This document shows positions 38,490 through 48,357 of a stretch of 64,000 bases of DNA, one piece after another; position 1 is the first letter of the stretch, and each line of letters opens with the position of its first letter. The position numbers were made by a program, and so were the translations under genes. The DNA lies in assembly GCA_031422175.1 (NCBI GenBank), contig JANOQC010000116.1, forward strand, positions 2,932 through 66,931, given 5' to 3'. This stretch comes from Sphingobacteriia bacterium. Lineage in GTDB: Bacteria; Bacteroidota; Bacteroidia; Chitinophagales; Chitinophagaceae. The notes below the pieces were generated by a model, which worked only from the letters and a program-made list of their open reading frames with translations, did no database searches and was not told where the DNA came from.

Positions 38490-39281
38490 ATGAAAATTAA
38501 GATTATCTTCCTACTGCCATTCGTCTTAGTTCTTTTCTGTACCAGCGTTTTAGCATATTATACCAAGCCAATCAAAAAAGACATTTATCAGATAAAAGTT
38601 TATCATCTGAAAACGAATGAACAGGTAGCTGCGTTAGATCTTTTTTTACAAAACGCTTACTTGCCTGCACTACACCGATTGGGTATTAAAAATATTGGTG
38701 TTTTTAAAAATATCGGAATTGATACCGCTGCAGAAAAAACAATTTATGTATGGATTCCTATGAATTCACTAGATCAGCTTTCGCAAATAGAAGATAAACT
38801 TACCAACGATGTTGTTTACAATAATGATGGTGCTTTGTTTCTGTTGGCGCCGTTTAATTCTCCTGCATATTCTCGAATTGAATCAATCATACTTCGTGCT
38901 TTTTCGCAAATGCCTCATTATAATCAGCCATCATTCAGTGGTGCTGTGAACGAAAGAATTTATGAATTGCGAAGCTATGAAGCAGCTAGTGAAAAATTGT
39001 ACCATCAAAAAGTAAAGATGTTTAATGAAGGTGGGGAAATAGCCCTTTTTAATAGACTTGGCTTCAATGCTACATTTTACGCAGAAGTTTTATCGGGCAG
39101 TCATATGCCCAACCTTATGTATATGACTAGTTTCGAAAATATAGCGAGCAGAAATGAACATTGGAAAACTTTTAGTGCAGACCCGGAATGGAAAAAGCTA
39201 TCTGCGTTGCAGGAATATAAAAACACTGTTTCTAAAGCGGATATTATTTTACTGCACCCTACTGCTTATTCAGAATTATAG
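38490..39281 (+). CDS. NIPSNAP-family protein with N-terminal signal/anchor
   Basis: Two ferredoxin-like halves with IYQIKVYH and IYELRSYE motifs. Confidence 0.7.
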   Translation: MKIKIIFLLPFVLVLFCTSVLAYYTKPIKKDIYQIKVYHLKTNEQVAALDLFLQNAYLPALHRLGIKNIGVFKNIGIDTAAEKTIYVWIPMNSLDQLSQIEDKLTNDVVYNNDGALFLLAPFNSPAYSRIESIILRAFSQMPHYNQPSFSGAVNERIYELRSYEAASEKLYHQKVKMFNEGGEIALFNRLGFNATFYAEVLSGSHMPNLMYMTSFENIASRNEHWKTFSADPEWKKLSALQEYKNTVSKADIILLHPTAYSEL

Positions 39282-39368
39282 TGAGCGATATTACTAAACT
39301 ATAATTGAATTGAATGCTAATAAACTTTTATTGAAATAATTTGTAATTTCAAGGAATATTTGCCAACC

Positions 39369-40190
39369 ATGATCGATTCGATTGTAGCCTATTTTTCTCA
39401 AATTCCAAGTTTACACCGAGCGTTAATTTTAGCAGGTGGAATCACTTTCTTTTGGATCATTGAAGGAGCGGCACCTTTATTTGGATTTAAATACAATAAA
39501 TGGAAGCATGCTTCTATCAATATCTTTTTTACATTCACTACTATTGTGATCAATTTTGCTTTTGCTTTATTGATGGTAAAAACCAGTGACTGGGCTATAC
39601 AAAAGCATTTCGGCATTTTGCAATTAATTGAGTTGCCTACATGGGTATCATTGATCGGAGGTGTTTTATTACTTGATTTGGTGGGTGCTTATACTATTCA
39701 TTTTGTTGAACATAAAATAAAATGGATGTGGAAATTTCATATGGTACACCATGCCGATACTCATGTGGACACTACTACTGCAAACAGACATCATCCAGGT
39801 GAGTCTGTATTTCGCGCGGTGTTTACGATTATTGGTGTAGCGCTTTGCGGTGCGCCGATGTGGGCGGTGATGTTGTATCAAAGCATGAGCGCTGTGCTCT
39901 CTCAATTCAATCATGCTAATTTAAGATTGCCTTTGGCAATTGATAATGCCTTGAGTTGGATTATTGTATCACCCAATATGCATAAAGTACATCATCATTA
40001 CCAACAACCTCAAACAGACAGTAATTACGGAAATATTTTTTCTATCTGGGACCGATTGTTCGGAACCTTTAATTATACTCCAATAGAACAAGTTCGTTAT
40101 GGATTGGATGTGCTAGACGATTCCACTGATGAAAAATTAGCATATCAATTAAAAATTCCTTTTGATAGGAGTATTAAAACAAATAGATAA
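39369..40190 (+). CDS. sterol desaturase / fatty-acid hydroxylase family membrane protein
   Basis: His boxes HFVEH, HMVHH and HKVHHH. Confidence 0.8.
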   Translation: MIDSIVAYFSQIPSLHRALILAGGITFFWIIEGAAPLFGFKYNKWKHASINIFFTFTTIVINFAFALLMVKTSDWAIQKHFGILQLIELPTWVSLIGGVLLLDLVGAYTIHFVEHKIKWMWKFHMVHHADTHVDTTTANRHHPGESVFRAVFTIIGVALCGAPMWAVMLYQSMSAVLSQFNHANLRLPLAIDNALSWIIVSPNMHKVHHHYQQPQTDSNYGNIFSIWDRLFGTFNYTPIEQVRYGLDVLDDSTDEKLAYQLKIPFDRSIKTNR

Positions 40191-40265
40191 GGTTCAGCCA
40201 ACTCAATTTATCGTGAAAAACAGTATATTTATACAGCTTTTCACGTAAAGCTGAAAGCTCTAGTG

Positions 40266-41138
40266 ATGATCAATCAAACCACAAAAGACAAAATAGAGGC
40301 ACTCATAAATCGTTATGAATTATTGGCAAAGGACAACCAAACTTTATTAAAAGAGATAGCACTTGCCGAAATTGCCGAAATGGTTTATAACTCAAATGCA
40401 ATAGAAAATTCAACACTAACATTAGAAGACACAGAAAGAATATTGGCAGGCGATACCGCGAGTCGTAATTTAAACGTGCGCGAAATTTTTGAGGCGAAGA
40501 GTCTCGCAAAAATTACAGAAACCTTACTTGAAAAGCCGAATCACAAACTCAACATTAAACTCATTTTAAGTTTACACAATACCTTATTTACGCATATTGA
40601 TGATAAGATTGCAGGACGATTTCGCAGCGGCAAAGAATGGGTGCGAGTAGGCAATCATTTGGGTGCAAATCCAAAGTTTGCAGATACCTTAATCCAAGCA
40701 TTGATAAATGATTTTAACCAAGATAAGGAAAGCTATTTTTTAGACAATATTGCACGTTTTCATGCTGAATTTGAAACCATTCACCCTTTTGTTGATGGTA
40801 ATGGGCGAATGGGTAGGGTGATTATCAATTTACAGTTAATGAATGCTGGCTTACCTCCAATCATCATCCAAAACAAAAGCAAAACCACATCATACTACCC
40901 GTTGTTTACAAAATATCAAACCACCATAAAGTTTGGAGGGTTTACTTCACTTTTCGCTTTACTATTACAAGAAACATTACAAAAACGAATCACTTTGCTT
41001 ACAGCAAAAAAAATTATACCACTTGCGTTTTGGGCAGCCAAAAATGGCATCAAAGCTAATGTAGCAGCCAACAAAGCAAAAAGACAAACTATTCCAGCAT
41101 TTCGTATGCGTGAAAAATGGATGATCGCTCAAGAATAA
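40266..41138 (+). CDS. Fic-family protein (class II, with N-terminal inhibitory motif)
   Basis: Fic motif HPFVDGNGRMGR and the inhibitory [ST]xxxE[GN] motif as SNAIEN. The C-terminal segment IPAFRMREKWMI resembles an excisionase-type HTH. Confidence 0.85.
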   Translation: MINQTTKDKIEALINRYELLAKDNQTLLKEIALAEIAEMVYNSNAIENSTLTLEDTERILAGDTASRNLNVREIFEAKSLAKITETLLEKPNHKLNIKLILSLHNTLFTHIDDKIAGRFRSGKEWVRVGNHLGANPKFADTLIQALINDFNQDKESYFLDNIARFHAEFETIHPFVDGNGRMGRVIINLQLMNAGLPPIIIQNKSKTTSYYPLFTKYQTTIKFGGFTSLFALLLQETLQKRITLLTAKKIIPLAFWAAKNGIKANVAANKAKRQTIPAFRMREKWMIAQE

Positions 41139-41177
41139 GAGGATAGAACTAACTTTACACCTTATTAAATCATCCTC

Positions 41178-41894
41178 ATGTCTCGAATCGCTATGATCCC
41201 TGCTCGCTACGCCGCTACTCGTTTTCCTGCTAAGCTCATGCAAATGCTGGGAAGCAAAACAGTGATCAGGCATACATACGACAACACCATTGCTACTGGT
41301 TTATTCAATGAAGTTGTGGTGGTAACAGATAGTGAAATTATTTTTAATGAAATAGTGAATCATGGCGGCAAAGCCATCATGAGTAAAAAAAATCATGAAA
41401 GCGGTAGCGACCGTATTGCAGAAGCCGCAGCAGATTTGGAAGTTGATATTATTGTAAATGTGCAGGGCGATGAACCATTTGTTCAAAAAGATCCTTTAGA
41501 AAAACTGCTCGCTACTTTTAGCGACCCTTCTGTTCAAGTTGCATCTTTAATGCAAGAATTAAAAGACGAAGCGTTGATCAATGATCCCAATTACGTAAAA
41601 GTTGCCGTTGACCGCAATATGAATTCCTTATTTTTTTCTCGCAGTGTAATTCCTTATGCGCGCAACAAAGAAATAAAGATCCCCTACTACGAACATATTG
41701 GGGTATATGCGTTCCGCAAAAAAGCATTACTTGATTTCACTACTTGGCCAATGACCCCTTTAGAAGCTGCTGAAAAAATTGAATGCCTTCGTTATTTAGA
41801 ATATGGTATTCCATTAAAAATGGTACTCACTCAATATATGGGTGTTGAAATTGATACGCCAGAAGATTTAATTAAAGCTGCAAAATTATTATAG
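41178..41894 (+). CDS. kdsB: 3-deoxy-manno-octulosonate cytidylyltransferase
   Basis: IPARYAATRFPAKLM and NVQGDEP motifs, 238 aa. Confidence 0.9.
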   Translation: MSRIAMIPARYAATRFPAKLMQMLGSKTVIRHTYDNTIATGLFNEVVVVTDSEIIFNEIVNHGGKAIMSKKNHESGSDRIAEAAADLEVDIIVNVQGDEPFVQKDPLEKLLATFSDPSVQVASLMQELKDEALINDPNYVKVAVDRNMNSLFFSRSVIPYARNKEIKIPYYEHIGVYAFRKKALLDFTTWPMTPLEAAEKIECLRYLEYGIPLKMVLTQYMGVEIDTPEDLIKAAKLL

Positions 41895-42962
41895 CTTGTC
41901 AAATAAGGCTCTTAACTTTTCGCGCGTCATTATTTTTTCCCAGTCTTTTCCCAAAGCATTCTCCCATAAGGGTTTCATGCCCATCGATACATTGATCATT
42001 TTTTCGAATTCTTCTTCACTTAATCCTTTACAAATACTTTGAGGAATTTCAATCTTATTCTTCTCCACCATATATTTAAACTCTTTCACACCTGCAGGAT
42101 AATATTCTTCTAAATGATTCATTACAATACAATTGCCAATTCCATGTTTGGTGCCTAATAAATAACTCAAACCATAACTCACTGCATGCGCAACACCTAC
42201 TTGAGAATAAGCAATACTCATTCCTCCTGAATAAGATGCCATCATTAATTGATCATCACATTCATCATCCCAAACGTTTTTTTCTACAAATACTTTTTGA
42301 CACAATTGCAATGCTTTCTCTCCGTAACTCTTGCTGAACTCATTTAAATAAGTACCTTCTAAACTTTCTATACAATGTATATAACAATCCATGCCTGTAT
42401 AGAATCGTTGGTTGGCTGGTGCTTCTTTGGTTAATTCAGGATCCAACACTATTTGATCGAAGGGAGTAAAATCTGAATTCATTCCGAGCTTACGTGTTGG
42501 TCCTGTAAGTACGGTTGTTCTGCTCACTTCTGCACCTGTTCCACTCAATGTTGGAATACCCGCTTTATAAACACCAGGCTCTTGTACTAAATCCCATCCT
42601 TGATAATCGGCAGAAGATCCCGGGTTGGTCATCATCAAAGAAACTGCTTTAGCCAAATCCATGGTAGAACCTCCGCCAATTCCAATAATACCACTCACTG
42701 TTCCAAATTCTTCTTTCAAAGATTTAGCCAATGCATCTACCTGGGTTGTTTTTGGTTCATAGGTTACATCGGTCATAATCACTTTATCTTTCCCGCGAAG
42801 AGGAATTCTATTCAACAACGGTTTGCCGTCAAAAAAATGATCTACTAAGAATATCATTGGGGCATCTCCTTTGCGCTGAGGTGCTAAAATTTCATCTAAT
42901 TGATTAAAACTTCCGCGGCCATATACCACGTAGCTCACCATTTTAAAATTTCTAAAACTCAT
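41889..42962 (-). CDS. iron-containing (group III) alcohol dehydrogenase family protein
   Basis: GIGGGSTMDLAK nucleotide-binding motif and a His-rich metal site (HCIE ... HAVSY ... H). Its 3' end overlaps kdsB by 6 nt. Confidence 0.75.
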   Translation of the reverse strand: MSFRNFKMVSYVVYGRGSFNQLDEILAPQRKGDAPMIFLVDHFFDGKPLLNRIPLRGKDKVIMTDVTYEPKTTQVDALAKSLKEEFGTVSGIIGIGGGSTMDLAKAVSLMMTNPGSSADYQGWDLVQEPGVYKAGIPTLSGTGAEVSRTTVLTGPTRKLGMNSDFTPFDQIVLDPELTKEAPANQRFYTGMDCYIHCIESLEGTYLNEFSKSYGEKALQLCQKVFVEKNVWDDECDDQLMMASYSGGMSIAYSQVGVAHAVSYGLSYLLGTKHGIGNCIVMNHLEEYYPAGVKEFKYMVEKNKIEIPQSICKGLSEEEFEKMINVSMGMKPLWENALGKDWEKIMTREKLRALFDKL

Positions 42963-42993
42963 GTTGCTGTTTTTACAAATACAAAGATGCTGT

Positions 42994-44481
42994 TTATTTC
43001 CAAATAGATTTCATAGGCCAGAACCAAACATTTTCAAATACCGTTGGATTTCCATCACTGAAAAATTCAATACCCGTATCGGATTCTTCCGGAAAAATTT
43101 GTGACGTAAATACCAATTCTCCATTATTTGCAAATACTTCAATAATACTCTTGTCAAAATAAATACGCAAGTGTATTACATCGTTCTTGGTTTTTAAATA
43201 GGCGTTTTTTTGATTGAAGAATGGATACTGAACACTAAATGGTACCAATGGACCAGTTCTTTCAATATATAACTGTTCTACATTCGCTATATATTTAATG
43301 GAAAAAAAACGATTGCCACCAACGGCAATTTTTACACCGCTTACGCTTGTTGCTGTTGGCCTAATATCTAACTCCATTTCAAAGGATTGACCCTTAAATG
43401 GAGTTGTATAATTGGTTTTTACTGTAACTGGATCTTTTATTACTTCTGCCGTAGAACGCAAGCTATTAATGGCTTTGATGGGTTCTTGAATGAGAATCCA
43501 TTCGTTACCCATTTTTTTAACTGCTAATTTTCTTGGAAGAGACATAGCTCCCTTCCATGGCTTAGTAGGAATATCACTTGCATAATTCCAATTGTTAACC
43601 CAACCTATGGTAATAGGTATTTTATCGGGTGTTGTTTTATAGGAAACGGCTGCATAATAATCCATTCCATAATCTGGTCTAAAAATTTTATTATAAGGGT
43701 TTTCATTAAAAAATTTAGCTCCATTAAAATTTCCAACAAAATATTGCATGGAAGAGTTTTGTGAAACCAACAAAACCCATTTCTTTTTTAGTGGTTCTCC
43801 GACTATTGGTACCTGTATTAAATCAGGACATTCCCATACTCCACTAACATCTCCCACCGGACCAAAATCTCCTTCGTATTTCCATTGCTTCAAACTAAAT
43901 GAACTATAGAATGAAATCATTTTTTCGTTAGGCATTGCAACAGCCATGATCCATCTTTTTCCCGCGTCATGCCAAAATACATTGGGGTCTCTAAAATCTT
44001 TCATTTGCAAATCCAATACTGGATTGCCCGTGTAATTGCTAAATGATTTTCCTCCATCAATACTATAAGCTAGGTTTTGGTTTTGAAGCGTACTATCGTG
44101 CGCTGTATAAATAGCCACTAACGGAACATCTTCTTTGTTTTTCCCTAAACCGCTTTTATTCTTTAGGTCTGCTACCATGGACCCAGAAAAGATCATTTTA
44201 TCATTTGATTCTTTAATAGCAACAGGAAGTTCTTTCCACTTTAAAAGATCCTTACTCACCGCATGGCCCCAACTCATATGGCCCCAGTTATTTCCAAATG
44301 GATTGTGTTGGTAAAATAGATGATACTCTCCATTGTGATAAATTAGTCCGTTAGGATCGTTGATCCAATTTCTTTGAGTGGAGAAATGAAACTGAGGGCG
44401 AAATCTTTCCTGATAAAAGTTAGGTTGGGCGTTTACTTTAATTGTAATACTTATTACAATCAGCAAAACCAATTTTTTCAT
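42994..44481 (-). CDS. secreted GH32 beta-fructofuranosidase/levanase
   Basis: WINDPNG (nucleophile), FRDPNVF (RDP) and WECPDL (EC acid/base), with a signal peptide. Confidence 0.9.
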   Translation of the reverse strand: MKKLVLLIVISITIKVNAQPNFYQERFRPQFHFSTQRNWINDPNGLIYHNGEYHLFYQHNPFGNNWGHMSWGHAVSKDLLKWKELPVAIKESNDKMIFSGSMVADLKNKSGLGKNKEDVPLVAIYTAHDSTLQNQNLAYSIDGGKSFSNYTGNPVLDLQMKDFRDPNVFWHDAGKRWIMAVAMPNEKMISFYSSFSLKQWKYEGDFGPVGDVSGVWECPDLIQVPIVGEPLKKKWVLLVSQNSSMQYFVGNFNGAKFFNENPYNKIFRPDYGMDYYAAVSYKTTPDKIPITIGWVNNWNYASDIPTKPWKGAMSLPRKLAVKKMGNEWILIQEPIKAINSLRSTAEVIKDPVTVKTNYTTPFKGQSFEMELDIRPTATSVSGVKIAVGGNRFFSIKYIANVEQLYIERTGPLVPFSVQYPFFNQKNAYLKTKNDVIHLRIYFDKSIIEVFANNGELVFTSQIFPEESDTGIEFFSDGNPTVFENVWFWPMKSIWK

Positions 44482-44528
44482 ATCATTTGGGTTTATAAGA
44501 ATGCATAAATTTAGTGAATATTGTTGCT

Positions 44529-46568
44529 CTAACGCATCAATTCCAACTCTTTCTGTAAGCGAAACATTTCATCTCTTAATCTGGCAGCTTCAATAAAATC
44601 TAAATCGCGAGCAGCTTTCTCCATTTCCTTTTTGGTTCTCTTAATAGCTGTTTCAACTTGGGGTATAGTGGCATAGCTAATTTGTTCCTCAGCTGATTTG
44701 GTTTCAACCAATGCTTGGTCTTGCTGCATAGCATAGGGGTTGGAAGGGTCGTAACCCTTAATATCTAAAACCGAAGTTTGGGCAAATACCTGTTCTTTGC
44801 TTTTAACAATTGTTGTAGGCGTAATTTGATGTTCAATGTTGTATGCTTTTTGCTTTTCTCTTCTTCTACTTGTTTCGTCGATGGTGCGCTGCATACTCTC
44901 CGTCATTTTATCTGCATAAAAAATAACCAATCCGTTTACGTTTCTTGCTGCTCTACCAGCTGTTTGGGTAAGTGATCTTTCATTCCTTAAAAAGCCTTCT
45001 TTATCTGCATCTAATATAGCAACCAAAGAAACTTCGGGAAGGTCTAATCCTTCCCTCAATAAATTTACTCCCACCAACACATCAATAACTCCCAATCTTA
45101 AATCGCGTAAAATTTCTACCCGCTCTAATGTATCTACATCACTATGTATGTATTTCGATTTGATATTGATTCTACCCAAATACTTATCCATCTCCTCTGC
45201 CATTCGTTTGGTTAATGTGGTAACCAACACGCGGTCGCCTTTTTTAACGCGCTCATCAATTGCATCTAATAAATCATCTATCTGATTAACGCTTGGCCTG
45301 ATTTCTATAGGAGGATCTAATAATCCTGTAGGACGAACAACCTGCTCTACTACAACACCACCTGTTTTCTCTAATTCATATTCTCCCGGTGTGGCGCTTA
45401 CAAATATGGTCTGACCTGTTAAGCTTTCAAATTCATTAAAATTCAACGGGCGATTGTCCATAGCGCTCGGTAACCTAAATCCATAATCAACCAATACCAA
45501 TTTTCTGCTTCTGTCTCCACCGTACATGCCAGCAACCTGCGGTATGGTTTGATGGCTTTCATCAATCACACATAAAAAATCTTTCGGAAAATAATCGAGT
45601 AAACAAAAAGGTCTGGTGCCTGGTTTTCTTCTATCAAAAAAGCGAGAATAATTTTCTATTCCATTGCAATAACCCAGTTCTCTAATCATTTCTAAATCAT
45701 ATTCTACCCTTTCTTTTAAACGAGAGGCTTCAATAAACTTTCCAGATGCTTTAAAGTATTCTACTTGTTGCATCATTTCGTCCTGAATTTCATGCATCAC
45801 TTCTACAATCATGTCTTTTGGGGCTAAGTATAAATTAGCTGGAAAGATAGCAGCGGTTTCCATAAGCCCTATACGCTTACTGGTAGCGGTTTCTATACTT
45901 TCTATTTCTTCAATCTCATCTCCAAAAAAACTGATTCGATAACCAAAATCTACATAGGGTAAATTTACATCCACCGTATCTCCCTTTACCCTGAAAGTGC
46001 CTCTGTTAAAATCTCCTTGCGAGCGATTGTACAAAGAGTTAACGAGTGCATGCAAAAATCCTTGGCGAGAAATTGTTTGACCTTTTTCAATACGAATAAT
46101 TCCATTTTCGTATTCGGTAGGATTACCCATACCATAAATACAACTCACACTTGCCACTACAATAATATCTCTTCTTCCACTGAGTAATTGTGATGTAGCT
46201 TGTAATCGAAGTTTGTCGAGCTCTTCGTTTATACTTAAATCTTTTTCTATATACACGCCACTAACAGGCATATAAGCTTCTGGTTGATAATAATCGTAAT
46301 AACTTACAAAATAACCCACCGCATTTTCGGGGAAAAATTGCTTGAACTCTCCATACAATTGAGCCACCAATGTTTTATTGTGCGTAAGCACTAGAGTAGG
46401 GCGTTGAACTTGTTGAATTAAATTTGCTATGGTGAATGTTTTACCACTTCCCGTAACCCCTAATAATGTTTGGTATTGTTCTCCTTCATTCACTCCATCA
46501 ACCAAATCTTTAATTGCTTTGGGTTGATCGCCAGCTGGTTGATAAGTAGTAACTAGTTTAAATGGCAT
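44529..46568 (-). CDS. uvrB: excinuclease ABC subunit B
   Basis: Walker A GVTGSGKT, a DESH box and a C-terminal UVR domain (AARLRDEM). Confidence 0.95.
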   Translation of the reverse strand: MPFKLVTTYQPAGDQPKAIKDLVDGVNEGEQYQTLLGVTGSGKTFTIANLIQQVQRPTLVLTHNKTLVAQLYGEFKQFFPENAVGYFVSYYDYYQPEAYMPVSGVYIEKDLSINEELDKLRLQATSQLLSGRRDIIVVASVSCIYGMGNPTEYENGIIRIEKGQTISRQGFLHALVNSLYNRSQGDFNRGTFRVKGDTVDVNLPYVDFGYRISFFGDEIEEIESIETATSKRIGLMETAAIFPANLYLAPKDMIVEVMHEIQDEMMQQVEYFKASGKFIEASRLKERVEYDLEMIRELGYCNGIENYSRFFDRRKPGTRPFCLLDYFPKDFLCVIDESHQTIPQVAGMYGGDRSRKLVLVDYGFRLPSAMDNRPLNFNEFESLTGQTIFVSATPGEYELEKTGGVVVEQVVRPTGLLDPPIEIRPSVNQIDDLLDAIDERVKKGDRVLVTTLTKRMAEEMDKYLGRINIKSKYIHSDVDTLERVEILRDLRLGVIDVLVGVNLLREGLDLPEVSLVAILDADKEGFLRNERSLTQTAGRAARNVNGLVIFYADKMTESMQRTIDETSRRREKQKAYNIEHQITPTTIVKSKEQVFAQTSVLDIKGYDPSNPYAMQQDQALVETKSAEEQISYATIPQVETAIKRTKKEMEKAARDLDFIEAARLRDEMFRLQKELELMR

Positions 46569-46577
46569 GAAACAAAA

Positions 46578-47165
46578 TTACTTTCTTTTTATAGAGAAGA
46601 TGATAATTGGTGGATCAAAATATTGGTTTCTTTCTTTTTGCTCATAAATTTTTCGAATGATATTCATTCCTTTAACTACTTTTCCAAATGCTGAATAGCC
46701 TTGTCTGTCTGGTACATTTTCTCCTCCAAAATCTAAACCGGGTTCGTTGTCTATGCAAATAAAAAACTCTGTTCCTGCTGTTCCTGGTTCTCCCCTTGCA
46801 ATTGAAATAATTCCGGCTTCGTGTTTAATGCCTGTTTGTTGAGTTGACTCATGCTTAATTCCTTTAATACGCTTCGCCAATGCATAATTTGTTTTCCAGA
46901 TACCTCCTTGTATTAAAAAAGATTTAGGTGCATTAGAGGGTTGGTTATACATATGCAATACCCTATAAAAACTAGCTCTATCATACCATCCCGAATCGAT
47001 GTATTGCAAAAAAGCCCTTGAAGTAATTGGCGCTTTGTTCTCATAAAGCAATAGTTCTACTTCGCCATAAACAGTTTCTAAAATAACGCGGGGATTGCCT
47101 ATTTTTTTTTCATTACAAGCATTCAAGAAAAAAAATAAAACCAAAAAAATAAATACAATACGCAT
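46578..47165 (-). CDS. secreted cyclophilin-type peptidyl-prolyl isomerase
   Basis: FYRV and GTAGTEFFI motifs, with a signal peptide. Confidence 0.8.
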   Translation of the reverse strand: MRIVFIFLVLFFFLNACNEKKIGNPRVILETVYGEVELLLYENKAPITSRAFLQYIDSGWYDRASFYRVLHMYNQPSNAPKSFLIQGGIWKTNYALAKRIKGIKHESTQQTGIKHEAGIISIARGEPGTAGTEFFICIDNEPGLDFGGENVPDRQGYSAFGKVVKGMNIIRKIYEQKERNQYFDPPIIIFSIKRK

Positions 47166-47178
47166 GAATCAATTAAAA

Positions 47179-48336
47179 TTATGGGAGTATTTCTATTAAA
47201 AAAAGTTGTGTTTTTTCTAATGGACTAAAATTATTATCAACAATTAAAAGGATGGATTGGTGCCCGTTTGGTAAAACTGGGCCCAATGTAATTCCTTCAA
47301 CATTGTCTATAAATGCTGGCATATCATCCATATTCAATAACAACTTTTTCTGCATAGGAATAAAGGAATTATCTAGGGCCAATGAAACAATATCTTTAAC
47401 ATTAGTTGCACCTCTTGCATCTGCTAAAAATAATTTGACGGTACATTTTTGCCTACCCGTAGAAAACGCTCTTTCTACTACAATAAATTTAAAATTTCCA
47501 ATATTCAACATTTCAGAAATGCCATTTACCTTAAATGCATTTAATGGGTTAGCCGGGTAATCAATTATTTCTGGTTTATATGCATATTGTTCAGTGTTAT
47601 TTTTAGAGGCAACGTCAAATCTAAAAAAACGCAACCAAGTGTTTTGAGGAAAAGATTCTATACGTGGCCCATCTTCTTGTAATGGTTCCTCTACACTTAC
47701 AAATAATTTTTTATAAAACTCACCAAAACTCAGTCCTTCTAATACCCCATTAACCCTTGGTCCTCTTGCATTGGCGCTCATTCTTAAATTATTGGGAAGC
47801 GGAAATGTATCAATCCATTTACCCCATTTATCCATAATATTAATGGATGGATTTACAAGAATTGTGTCTTGATCGTTTACCCTACGCTCTCCTTCACTAG
47901 TCCAAATAAAGTTTTTTGTAATGGGGTTATACCTAATAGATTCAGGGTCGCAAGCGTTTTTAGCGTCATTGGTATAATTGGGAAATACGCTGCCGTTTGG
48001 TTGTTTTAGGTATTGCATATCAGTCCAAATAACGCTATCAATTTTAGTGTCTTTCAATTTTATTTTAGCCGTATAAAATCTGGCGGGATTGATATTGGAC
48101 CGATCATCTGCTATAAAATAATATTCATTTGTTTCTATATTATATTCAATTCCGGATAGTCCGCCAACGGTGGTTTCTTTGTATTGTAAATTGTAGGGAA
48201 CTTCAAAAATATCCAACAGCTTTAGGCCAGCTATTTTATCAACCGTTTTTTGCTTGGAATATACAGTCTGTGTGGTTTTACAGGAACCAATTACCAAGGT
48301 AACCAAGCCTAAATAAAAATATTTTTTTAAAAACAT
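47179..48336 (-). CDS. phytase-like esterase domain (beta-propeller) secreted protein
   Basis: VGGLSGIEY....YYFIADDRS is typical of the 'esterase-like activity of phytase' family. The signal peptide may be of lipoprotein type (IGSC). Confidence 0.6.
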   Translation of the reverse strand: MFLKKYFYLGLVTLVIGSCKTTQTVYSKQKTVDKIAGLKLLDIFEVPYNLQYKETTVGGLSGIEYNIETNEYYFIADDRSNINPARFYTAKIKLKDTKIDSVIWTDMQYLKQPNGSVFPNYTNDAKNACDPESIRYNPITKNFIWTSEGERRVNDQDTILVNPSINIMDKWGKWIDTFPLPNNLRMSANARGPRVNGVLEGLSFGEFYKKLFVSVEEPLQEDGPRIESFPQNTWLRFFRFDVASKNNTEQYAYKPEIIDYPANPLNAFKVNGISEMLNIGNFKFIVVERAFSTGRQKCTVKLFLADARGATNVKDIVSLALDNSFIPMQKKLLLNMDDMPAFIDNVEGITLGPVLPNGHQSILLIVDNNFSPLEKTQLFLIEILP

Positions 48337-48357
48337 ATCGCCTATATATAGAATTGA

